This document shows positions 32,808 through 45,712 of a stretch of 64,000 nucleotides of DNA, piece by piece. The DNA comes from the human T2T-CHM13v2.0 reference genome, Homo sapiens. The position numbers were made by a program, and so were the translations under genes. The stretch lies in the NCBI RefSeq assembly GCF_009914755.1, contig NC_060928.1; one strand, written 5' to 3'. Under the pieces are notes generated by a model. It worked only from the letters and a program-made list of their open reading frames with translations. It was not told the origin of the DNA and ran no database searches. Every line of letters starts with the position of its first letter. Positions within the stretch are counted from its first letter, which is position 1.

Positions 32808-33338
32808 GAGCACTGATTTCTCAGACATGTTGGTCTTGGGACTCCTTTACACATTTTCCAATTATTGAAGACTCCAAAAAACTTTTGTTTGTGCTGATTA
32901 TATTTATCAACATTTACTCTCTTTAAATTAAAGGTGAGAATATTTTAAAGTGTCTAGTAATTCATTTTAAATAGGAATAACAATGCCATTGCATATTAAC
33001 ATAAATAGCATTTTTTTTGAAAACTAAATAAACTAAAACTGTTTTATTTTCTAAAATAAAAAAAGTGAGAAGAATGGCATTTTTTTACATTTTTGCAAAC
33101 CTCATCTATGTCTGAGTTAATGGAAGGAGCTGGATTCTCAAATCTGCTTGTACATTAAATCTGCTGCAACATCACACTTCCTGTCACCTTGGAAAACCCC
33201 ATCGCACAATTGTGAGAAAATGAGTAGAAAAAGTAAGTAATACCTCAGTATTACTGTGAAAATAGCTGTGACTCCATGGACCCCTATAATGGTTCAGTGA
33301 CGCCAGGGATTCCCTGGGCCCCACCTTAAGAACCACTG
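32808..33338. mobile_element. hAT-Charlie DNA transposon remnant (Charlie4-like)
   Basis: Ends CACTGATTTCTCA... and ...TTAAGAACCACTG resemble Charlie TIRs; AT-rich interior. Confidence 0.55.
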
Positions 33339-33764
33339 GGGAATAAAATGCATTCCCAGTGGGCATCAAATGATGAAATTAAAAAAGGTAAAATCCCTGC
33401 CCACAGGAACTCACAGTCCAGCAAAGGAAACAGACAAGCAGCCCAAACAATGTGGTAAATGTTCTCACCAAGAGATGTCCCAGCATCAGGGGGCCAGAGA
33501 CTTGGAATATGCCAAGCTCCTCCTACATGCGGGCCACACCCATGACGATTCCTCCACTTGGGATGTTCTCTCCTGACTCCTTCCCTGGCTAAACCTGCCC
33601 ATCCTTCAAGTCTTGACTGCCCTTCCAGACTAAATGACCTCCTTCCTCCACCCTCTCTCACGGCTCCCCATCCTCCTCCTCACAGCAATCACTGTGTGCA
33701 ATTAGGCATTGGTCTCCCAGCCCCCTGCACACAGCATGGGACTTAGCAAAGGTGCAATAAATAT

Positions 33765-33790
33765 AGATAGATACATAGATAGATAGATAC

Positions 33791-33825
<35 letters not shown>

Positions 33826-33914
33826 CATAGATACATACATAGATAGCTAGATAGATACATAGATACATAGATAGATAGATAGATACATAGATAGATAGAT
33901 AGATAGATAGATAC

Positions 33915-33945
<31 letters not shown>

Positions 33946-34234
33946 CATAGATAGATACATAGATAGATAGATACATAGATAGATACATAGATAGATAGAT
34001 ACATACATAGATAGATACATAGATAGATAGATACATACATAGATAGATAGATAGATAGATACATAGATAGATACATACATACATAGATAGATACATAGAC
34101 AGATAGATAGATACATAGATAGATAGATACATAGATAGATAGATACATAGATAGATAGATAGATACATAGATAGATAGATACATACACAGATAGATACAT
34201 AGATACATAGATAGATACATAGATAGATAGATAC

Positions 34235-34269
<35 letters not shown>

Positions 34270-34398
34270 CATAGATAGATACATAGATAGATAGATAGAT
34301 AGATAGATACATACATACATAGATAGATAGATAGATACATAGATAGATAGATACATACATACATACATAGATAGATAGATACATACATAGATAGATAC

Positions 34399-34429
<31 letters not shown>

Positions 34430-34514
34430 CATAGATAGATACATAGATACATAGATAGATAGATAGATAGATACATAGATAGATAGATACATAGATAGAT
34501 AGATAGATAGATAC

Positions 34515-34545
<31 letters not shown>

Positions 34546-34582
34546 CATAGATAGATACATAGATAGATAGATAGATAAATAC

Positions 34583-34613
<31 letters not shown>

Positions 34614-34960
34614 CATAGATAGATAGAAACATAGATAGATAGATACATAGATAGATAGATACATAGATAGATAGATAGATAGATACATAGATAGATAGAT
34701 AGATAGATAGATACATAAATAGATAGATAGAGATACATAGATACATAGATACATAGATAGATAGATACATACATACATAGATAGATAGATAGATACATAG
34801 ATAGATAGATACATAGATAGATAGATAGATAGATAGATACATAGATAGATACATAGATAGATACATACATACATAGATAGATACATACATACATAAATAG
34901 ATAGATACATAGATAGATAGATACATAGATAGATACATAGATAGAGAGATAGATAGATAC

Positions 34961-34991
<31 letters not shown>

Positions 34992-35312
34992 CATAGATAC
35001 ATAGATAGATAGATACATAGATAGATAGATAGATACATAGATAGATACATAGATAGATAGATAGATAGATACATACATACATACATACATACATAGATAC
35101 ATAGATAGATAGATAGATAGATACATACATAGATAGATAGATAGATACATAGATAGATAGATACATACATACACAGATAGATAGATACATAGATACATAG
35201 ATAGATACATAGATAGATACATAGATAGATAGATAGATAGATAGATACATAGATAGATACATAGATAGACAGATAGATAGATAGATACATAGATAGATAG
35301 ATAGATAGATAC

Positions 35313-35343
<31 letters not shown>

Positions 35344-36134
35344 CATAGATAGATAGATACATAGAGATACATAGATAGATAGATAGATACATACATACAT
35401 ACATAGATACATAGATAGATAGATAGATACATAGATAGATACATACATAGATAGATAGATAGATAGATAGATACATAGATAGATACATACATACATAGAT
35501 AGATACATACATACATAAATAGATAGATACATAGATAGATAGATACATAGATAGATAGATAGATAGATACATAGATAGATAGATAGATACATAGATAGAT
35601 ACATAGATAGATACATAGATAGACAGATACATAGATAGATACATAGATAGACAGATAGATAGATAGATACATAGATAGATAGATAGATAGATACATAGAT
35701 AGATACATAGATAGATAGATAGATACATAGATAGATAGATACAGATACATAGATAGATAGATACATAGATAGATACATAGATACATACATAGATAGATAC
35801 ATACATACATACATACATACATACATAGATACATAGATAGATACATAGATAGATAGATACATACATACATACATACATAGATAGATAGATAGATAGATAC
35901 ATAGATAGATACATAGATAGATAGATACATAGATACATACATAGATAGATAGATAGATACATAGATAGATACATAGATACATAGATAGATAGATAGATAC
36001 ATAGATAGATAGATAGACACATAGATAGATACATAGATAGATACATAGATAGATACATAGATAGATAGATAGATACATAGATAGATAGATACATAGATAG
36101 ATAGATACATACATACATACATACATACATAGAT
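33765..36134. repeat. Compound tetranucleotide array (AGAT/ACAT)n, ~2.37 kb, ~590 units
   Basis: Continuous AGAT and ACAT tetramers with rare AGAC, AAAT, ACAC and AGAG variants. Confidence 0.99.
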
Positions 36135-37889
36135 AATATTGAATGAATGGATGGATAGATGGTATCAAGTAATTACATGAAGGCATCATATAATTACAAT
36201 AGGAAGAACTAACCTGTGCCTTCGGGAACTGTGCTCTGGGAACAGCCCTTACACCATTGCTCAGAAGAGGAAGCAGAGACCCTGAGGGCTGTGACTTGTC
36301 CCAGGCCCCACAAGAGGGAGTGGCCAAGGCAGGGACACACATGGCCAGAGCTCTTTCCTGTACAGTGTGCAGAAGGGCTATGCAAGACAGGCCCAGAGAG
36401 ACGGAAGAAGGGTGGTCCCATCAACAGCTGGGATGGGCGTGGGCAGGGCCAGGGCCCAGGGGACGTGCTCAAGATGCCAAGGGCACCTGAATACAGGTGC
36501 TCATTCCCAGATTCCTGCAAAGGCAGGGGTTGCCCTTGAGGGTGAGGTACTCTACACCCACCATGGTCCTAGATGGCTTCAGGCCCTTCCCAGTAGGCAC
36601 CGTCCCTCCCTTCTGGCAGGGACCACCCTCAACACCACTGTGGCTGACAGAGGCCAATGTGCACCAGGATTTCTGACACTGGCTTCCCAGAAGGAAGAGC
36701 TTGTGCAAAGCAGGTGAGGCCAGGCACGCAGGCTCTGAACTCGGGGGCCAGAGAGAGAGTACAGGACAGGCCTGGGGACGCGGCTCCCTGAGCCTTGGTT
36801 TTGTCACCTGCAAAACGGGCCAGATACTCCCATCTCACAGGGCAGATGCAAGTGAAAGGACCCAGGGAACATGTTCTGTCATTGGACTTTTGAAAGCTCA
36901 GGACACTGACATGGCGTTTTTCCAGTGAAAACCTAAAGACAGAAAGGGAGCAGGGTCTCTTTTAAGAGACTAAACCTCTGCCAGTGTCGCAAGTGTCCTG
37001 GGGTAGAGAACACAGCAGGACACGACCCACCACCCTAGGAGAGAGGTGGGAGGACCTCAGGGCAGCATCAATGGGCCAGACCATTGGCCAGGGCAGTCCT
37101 GGGAATAGGAGCCTGGGTGTGCTGTCAGGGGCAATAAGGTGGAGAGAAGAGTGCCAGCATGGGACAGGAGTGGCAGAATGTCTACCAGGACAGACCACCC
37201 CAGAGGTCTGGGGGAAAATGGATGGGAGACGTGGGAAAACCATCACCAAGGGCTGGAAGTGAAGTGGTGGGACCTGAAGCCAGGGAGTGGCAGTGGGGAG
37301 TGAGGAGGGGCAGACATCCGAGCTGATTTGGAGGAAAAGGCACTAGGACTGGTGACCAGCTTTGTCGGGGGAGGTCAAGTCTAGGGCTACAGCCAGGGAT
37401 CCATGCCTTTCGAGTTTAGGACCACAGAGGGAGGGCCAGGGTGAAGTAGGAAGTGGCTAAATCCATCAGCCAGGAGAGTTCAGTCACCTAAGAGTCCAGC
37501 CAAGAGCCCCCACTTTTAAAAACCGCTGCAATTTCCCAGTGCTGGCCTCTGCAAGGGGCTCTGCATATGTGAGCTCATCTAACCCACTTCCACCCTCTGG
37601 GGTGGACGCCGCGACGGCCCCGTTTCAACGATCAGGAAACTGGGGCACAGGAGTGAACTGCCCTAGGTCGAAGCTCGTAAAATGGAGAGCAGGATTCGAA
37701 CCAGGGTCGCTGGTGAAGTCCAAGCCGGCAGCTGCCACACCCCGAGGAAGGTCTCCAGTTTCCCTCGAAGCTTTCTGGCCGTGAGCGGGATACACCTAAG
37801 GGCCGCGAAGCACCCTATTCAGATCCTGCCCTCCCTTCCTCATTCTTTGCGAAATACTAAGGGTCCTCCCTGCCACCGCCGGTGTAGAC

Positions 37890-38480
37890 AAAGTCAAACC
37901 ACTACAGTCAGACCGGAGCCTGGGGTCGGGCCCTCCTTACCTGCGTGCTGCTCTCGGGCCCCGCCCCGCTCCGCCCCGGAGGGATCCTCAGGCCGGGCCC
38001 AGACCTAGGAGCCACCTGGGGATCCCGGGGTGGCTGCGCGCCGAGGGGGCGCCAGCGGGGACGTGAGCTGGCGCCGAGACAGCCTCGGCCCCCCAGCGCC
38101 AGGGCCACTGCCAGGAGACCCCCGGCCAGCACCCACGTGGGGCGCCCCCGGGAGCCCGAGGGGTCCATCGCCTGTCGGGACCTGCTACCTCAAAGCGGCG
38201 GGTGCCGCCGAGTCGCTGGAGCTTCCGGACCCCAGGCCCGCCCCGCCGCCGAGCATGCTCAGTGCGAGCCGCCGCCGAAAGTTTTCTGGAACAAACACCC
38301 GCATCTGGGGCTTGGCGGGCCAGGAGGTGCCGGACGGGCGTGGGAGGGGGAGAGCGAGTTGGCGCGGCCCAGGCGCCCGGCGGCCAGGCCTGGGTTTGCT
38401 TGCGCCCAAACCGAATCAGAGCGGGTCACTCCCCTGCTCCCCGAGGTTACCAGGACCCCAAGGGCCCCTCCGCTACCGCC
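37890..38480. promoter_or_regulatory. CpG island / EVC2 promoter and exon 1
   Basis: Very GC- and CpG-rich; GC box CCCGCCCC at 38237; ETS-type CTTCCGG at 38222; no TATA near the start. Confidence 0.85.
37941..38168 (-). CDS. EVC2: EVC2 (limbin) coding exon 1, codons 1-76, includes signal peptide
   Basis: Translates MDPSGSRGRPTWVLAGGLLAVALALGG...GPESSTQ, the EVC2 N-terminus; strong Kozak GCGATGG; donor CAG|GTAAGG; 228 nt; in a CpG island. Confidence 0.97.
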
Positions 38481-39389
38481 TACCTGGGTCTGTAAGCCTC
38501 AGCTCAGACGCACTTCCCCTGGGAACGGTTTCCTGACACACGGATGTGAATCCAGAGTTTCCCCATCCCCGCTTGGAAAACGGAGAAGCATTTGGAGCGC
38601 GGGGCCGGGAGTCCTGGAGCACCCAGAAGGTTCAGGAAAGCTCGGGGAGGAGGGGGTGGCCGCAGAGAAGGAAAAGGACCCTCACTTCCGGTTGCGTTCA
38701 GTGCAGACCAGCTGAGCACCCACTGCCCGAGCCTGCTTTGGGTCAGCCCTGGGCCGGCCCGGGTGCCCCTCGCATTCCCAGTGGGAAACAGGCCAGCCGC
38801 TGGGCCACCTCTCTGGGGACCTAGAAAGAGGGGAGCTGGTGTCTGAAGTCGCAGCCCTAAGCAAGCTCTCCCTGAACTCTCCGAGGGGACAGGGATTTGC
38901 TTTGCCAAGGGACGCAGGAGGAGGAGGAGGAGAAAGACACAAAAAGGGGGACTGGTGGAGCCTTTTGTGTGCTTCCTCATCCCTGCCTAGGTCCTGGGTG
39001 ACAGCTGACACCTGTTGACGGGGGAGGGCTCCACTCCCGCCAGCCTTCCTGCGGGGCAGGCTGTTAGGCTGTCTATAAAGTCTCAGGCCAGCGAGCCTGG
39101 CCCCTGGCAGCCTCTCTCCCCATAACCCAGACCATCCAAGGACAGGCCTTTCCTGACCTAACATGGACAAGGCCATGGGGTTCGAGAAGCTGAGAATTTA
39201 TAAGCCAAGTTCCCCACACCAGGGGGTACGTGGCAGCTGTCAGGCATGTGACAAGACCACAAGCTAAATGCCAAGCATGTTGCTGGACCGTTGGAATTGT
39301 TTGACAGTCAGTCATTTAAAGGTTAATTTAACAGTCAACAACTTTATGATAAAGTAAAAAGCAAATAACCCTACATTTAAAAAATCTTC

Positions 39390-39518
39390 TTAGTATTTTT
39401 ATGGAGTCAGGGTCTCACTATGTTGCCAAGACTGGTCTTAAACTCCTGGGCTCAGACAATCCTCCACTTGAGCCTCCCAAAGTGCTGGGATTACAGGCGT
39501 GAGCAACCACACCTGGCC
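39390..39518 (-). mobile_element. FLAM-type Alu monomer in the intergenic spacer
   Basis: Antisense left-arm Alu. Confidence 0.7.
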
Positions 39519-40230
39519 CAAACACCACATTTTAAAAACTAAAGCCTAAGCATTCATGGAAATGTAAAACAAGAGCGTCAAGTTATTGCCCCCATACATG
39601 TCCCCAGGAACCTTGGAGATGCTTCTAAGGTAATATATAAGAAGCTCCACATAGCAGAGAGTTTGCCCTGAAGCCAGACACAGGTGTAAATGAGACAAGA
39701 ATTCTGCCCCACTCCTTAATTGCAAATGAGTCACCTCTCCTCTCCAGCTGTCAGTTTCTTCATTTATTAAAAAAAGATGAAGAATTTGGATAACAGTTCC
39801 CATCTTGCCATGAGGAAATGATGAAACAAACTAGAAACAAGCTGGACATCTAGGCTGAAAGGACAAAGCCCTCCTCTGCTGAAGCAGATCCCCATGGTGT
39901 CCCCTAGCCCGGCCCACACAGGGAATTAAGCTCCACAGGGTAGGTGTGTGTGTGTGTGTGCCCCTGAGTGCAAGTGTGCAGTCGTGCACGTGCATGTGTG
40001 CTTTACCCAGGCACCCAGGACAAAAGCAAACATCTAGTAGCTACCCCATAAATGTTTGTTTAAAGCAAACACAGTGATGAACTCCTTTAATTTTTTATCA
40101 CTCTAAACAACTGTGAGATACTCACTAGCCTGGACACTGCCTGGTTTGTGGCTGGCCTATCCCCCAGCCTGCAACACACACACAACAGATTCTCTCCAAG
40201 TGCTGAGTAAATGAAGGATGGTGCAGTGTC

Positions 40231-40438
40231 CTGGTCCTAGTGGGGAGCGGGTGTAAGGGTCTCTTTATCCATTGTCTCAGTGGGGAGTGGGTGTAAGGGT
40301 CTCTCTACCCTTGGTCCTAGTGGGGACTAGGTGTAAGGGTCTCTCTACCCATCGTCTCAGTGGGGTCTGGGTGTAAGGATCCCTTTACCCATCCTCCTAG
40401 TGGAGACTGAGTGTAACGGTGTCTCCACCCATTGTCTC
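40231..40438. repeat. 40-bp minisatellite, ~5 units, between the EVC2 and EVC promoters
   Basis: AGTGG(G/A)G...GTGTAA... recurs at 40239, 40279, 40319, 40359, 40399. Confidence 0.92.
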
Positions 40439-40729
40439 GACCTTCCCTGGGACAAAATAAGATTAAAACAGGAGTCTTCGCGTGAGCAAGTTCAGAGGCG
40501 TGGAGGGCGGTGTGTTCCCGGGAAGGTTGATGGGTAGAGGTTAGGGGCAAGGGCAGGGGGTTGGAATTGCATTGATCCCAGCGTCTTCATCAGGAGGATG
40601 GGCGGAGCACCCACCGCAGAGGGTTATTGAGAAAGTTAATGAGATCATTAAGCTAAATGCGTAGCATATTCTAAGCCTCAAAAAACTTAAAGGAGCCTTC
40701 TAAGCCTCAGTAAAGTTAAAGGGGTGGAA

Positions 40730-41420
<691 letters not shown>

Positions 41421-43049
41421 ACATCCCACTCCGTTGGGTGATCCTTGACAGCAGCCCAACTGCGCCACGCCTCGGTCTCCTCATCTGCAGCACCAAGGGT
41501 TTGGACAGGACGCTGGCCCTGCTCGCCATGGTGGACAGAAGGACGGCTGGGGCTCCCACGCCTGAATGCCTATTCCTGCTTCTGCCTCTTCCATCCTTGC
41601 GGTGTGGGTTACGTCGCCTGGCCTGAGTCCCAGCTGCCACATTGGCATTCATTTTTTCATTCACCCCACAGTAAAAGTTTTCAGGCACCTTCTACAGCCA
41701 GTCACTGGCCTAGGGACGACATTCATGAGCAGGAGAGACCCTGCCTTGAGGCTGTGAACCTCAAGGAGAAGGACGAATTGCAAGTTTGCAAGTAAACTAT
41801 CGGTTATGACACCGCATGGGGAGTCTGCGATGGGACACTGGCAATGCTAGCGTTTATTAAGTGCTGTGTACCAGGCACTGAACTAGACCCTCTCCCTAAA
41901 TGATCTCAATGAATCTCCACAACAGTTTGTCTCTGCTTTGCAGATGAGGAAACTGAGGCACAGAGAGGTTAAGTAACTTACTAAAGTGACAGAAGTGTCT
42001 AACCCCAAAGCCACTGTGTTCTTCATGGATGAGGGTCGGGGTGGCTGCCTGAAGGAGACCAGTGGATGCTTCCTATGCAAGTGGCCCTCATGGAATTGGC
42101 TGTGCATGGCAACACCTGGCATATGGCAGGCATTCCATGAATAGTGGTATGGCCACTATTTTAGGTCCTTGCAACTTCTGCCTCTTTGGGGTGGGAGGAG
42201 AGTAAAGTCTGCGCGATCAGAAACAAGATGGCGTGGTCTTGCTGCCCCCATTTCTGGCCCGTGGGAAGATGAGACAGATCTTGTGCGGTTTCCATGTAGG
42301 CACAGGCTCTTTCAGAATATAGGGGAATTTGGTGACTCATGGGGAGCATTACACCGCAAAGAGCTGATGAGGGCTGAAACTGAGATAATGCAAGATGCTC
42401 GTAGGTGAGTTGGGGGTTGTCAGATCCTGCTGGTGATTAAGAGACACTAAGAGATGCTGGCTTGTTGCATGGAGAGAGAAAGGGAAGTAACACACAGAGA
42501 CTTGGCTGGGTGTCCTGTGCAGTGTTTATAGACATCTGGTTCTTTATCCTCCAGCCCATGAGGTGGAGGAACTGCCATTATCCCCACTTTACAGTGAGGC
42601 AGTGGATGCTCTGCAAGGGTGTTTGTCCAGGGTGCCACGATGAGTAAACAGTGGGACTGAATTTCAACCCTAGTTGGTTTGAACCCCAAAGCTAGAGCCT
42701 TAAGTATCTGCTACCTGGTGAGGTGGTGGTTAGTATCCCATTTGCTAGCTGAGTCAGCTGAGGCTTACCGGGATTAACCAAGCCATCTGGGTTTGCACAG
42801 CTAGTCAGTTGAGGGTGATGGTGGCTCAGACCAGGGTGGCAGCCATGGATGGGTCTGTGGCTCAAAGTAGGACTAATAGGATTTTGTTACAGTTTGATGT
42901 GATCCTTGCGACAACCTTCTTTCTAATGAGATTATTTTCCTCCTGTCTCCTCCCTCTAGTTTTTATTTATAAAATGTATGTCAGACAATATGATTGTCCT
43001 GATTAAACACCTCCAGTGACTCCTGGCTGCCTGCAAAAGATAATGCCCA

Positions 43050-43618
<569 letters not shown>

Positions 43619-44444
43619 TTACCTTCCCCTGAGCACCTACCCTGATGCACAGGTGCCCAGCCACTTGCCTCATCCTGCTCTCCAGCCACTCAAGACACCT
43701 CGCTGTTGCCCGTACACCTCTGCACTTCTGCACATCTGTTCTCTCCGCCTGCGCGGTCCTTTCTTAGACTCTATCCTGCTCAGCCCTCAGGACCCAGAGA
43801 GATCACCTTCTTAACTAGGGAAGCCTTAACCTTCCACACTAGATCAGGTACTTCCCTGCTTTGTGGGCACTCTTTGTTCTCCTCCTCTGTTCCAAGTCAC
43901 AATTTTATCTTGCATTGCTTTCCTTTTGCTGTTTTTGTTTTATTTTGTTATTTTAACTTATTTCATCATTAAACCTGTTTTATTTACATCAAAGTTGTTC
44001 ATGCACATAATTTAAAGTATTAGTTCAAAAGGAGCAATAGCCCCACCCATTTTCTACTTCTCAACAGTGGCCTTGTTAACTCTTTCAGCTGATTATTTTG
44101 GGAATTTACTTCCCATTTCTAAATAATGTGCCTATATTGCTGCTGCTTGCATTTTTTTTTTTTTTTTGGCTGCGTGCAATAGCCGTTGACCCTCCACTGT
44201 GGAAAGGAAGAGGACTTAGCTCTGTTGCCTCCCTTCCTCCATAAAATGTCCACTCTTCCCAACACCACCACCACACTCTCAATACGGAGGTTATAGGGGA
44301 ATTTGGTTAAATTTGTATTCAGTGTTTCCATTATTACAATTCTACAAACATTATCTACTGCAAGTTAAGGATCAGTTATGGTCATGAATACCTTCTTTTC
44401 TTGCACAACATTTTGTTTTTCCTGAAATTAATAGCTATTCTCTT

Positions 44445-44765
44445 TTTTTGTTTTTTGTTTGTTTTTTATTTTGTTTGAGATAGGGTCTCACTTGATTGCC
44501 CAGGCTGGAGTTCAGTGGCATGATCACAGTTCACAGTAGCTTTGACCTCTTGGGCTCAGGTGATCCTCCCGCCTCAGCCTCCCAAGTAGCTGGGACTACA
44601 GGCTTGCACCACCATGCCTGGCTAATTTTTTTTTTTTCTATTTTCTGTAGAGTCAGAGTTTTGCCATGTTGCCCAGGCTGGTCTCAAACTCCTGGGCTCA
44701 AGCAGTCTTCCTGCTTTCACCTCCCAAAGTGCCAAGATCACAGGTGTGAGCCACCACATCTGGCC
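44445..44765 (-). mobile_element. AluJ, antisense
   Basis: Diverged dimer. Confidence 0.85.
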
Positions 44766-44944
44766 TCGGTTTTTTCATTTGCTTAGATTCTGTGTACTTA
44801 TCATTCATTTAACTCTCCCCCACATATGTGCGTTTGTGTTCAAGACATTTGAATGCATTAGATATTTGATCCATTTTATCTTCTTGAGAAAAATATCTCT
44901 CCCAGAAACATTCTGACAAGCTCTAGTTTGAGCTGGTTATTCTC

Positions 44945-45130
44945 TAGACAGCTCTCTAAAGTGTGGACCAGACCAGCAGCATCAATATCTTGGGGAGCTT
45001 GATAGAAATGCATATTCTTGGGCTCTACCCCAGACTCACTGAAGGAGAATCTCTAGGGATGAGTCCAGCAAGCTGTGTTTAATAAGCCCTCCTGGTGATT
45101 TACATGTTCTTAAAGTTTGAGAAGCAGCTA
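44945..45130. mobile_element. MER5A-like hAT element
   Basis: AAAGTGTGG...CCAGCAGCATCA...AGAAATGCA...AAGCCCTCC...GGTGATT...AAAGTTTGAGAA. Confidence 0.7.
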
Positions 45131-45393
45131 CTCATCATGCTGGGAGTTTCTCATGTCTCTTCTGGGTTGAATCCTGTTTCAGGGATTCCCTGGCACTCCC
45201 CTTTTGTTAGGTAATTTCATTGCATGCCTGGAGCACATCCTTCAGTAGCTTTTTCAAAAAGGGATGGATGCAACTCTTTTGAGAACTTCTATGTCTGAAA
45301 ATATACTCTTCTATCTTTATACTTAATTTGGTAAGAATAATTAGATTGGGAATAATTTTCCTCCAGAATTTCGAAGGCATTTTTCCATTGTCC

Positions 45394-45694
45394 TTTTTTT
45401 TTTTTTTTTTTTTTGAGATAGAGTCTTGCTCTGTCACCCAGGCTGGAGTGCAGTAGTGCAATCTCGGCTCACTGCAACCTCCACTTCCTGGGTTCAAGCA
45501 ATTCTTCTGCCTCAGCCTCCTGAGTAGCTGGGACTACAGGCATGCGCCACCATGCCCAGCTAATTTTTGTATTTTTAGTAGAGATGGGGTTTCACCATGT
45601 TGGCCAGTCTGGTCTCGAACTCCTGAGCTCGTGATCCACCTGCCTCGGCCTCCCAGAGTGCTGGGATTACAGGCGTGAGCCACTGTACCCGGCC
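45394..45694 (-). mobile_element. AluS, antisense
   Basis: Full dimer; TSD TCCATTGTC. Confidence 0.9.
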
Positions 45695-45712
45695 TCCATT
45701 GTCTTCTAGCTG

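Noticed and set aside
33702-36342. Three ~800-aa ORFs (MYLSIY...) as protein-coding genes
   Set aside because: They arise because (ATCT/ATGT)n has no stop codon in any frame; low complexity, no splice or domain evidence
37945-38715. 256-aa and 168-aa plus-strand ORFs over EVC2 exon 1
   Set aside because: GC-rich CpG-island sequence lacks stops; antisense to a real exon; no recognisable domain
39074-39079. Plus-strand TATAAA as the EVC TATA box
   Set aside because: About 1.9 kb upstream of the EVC ATG; the EVC promoter is a CpG island without a nearby TATA
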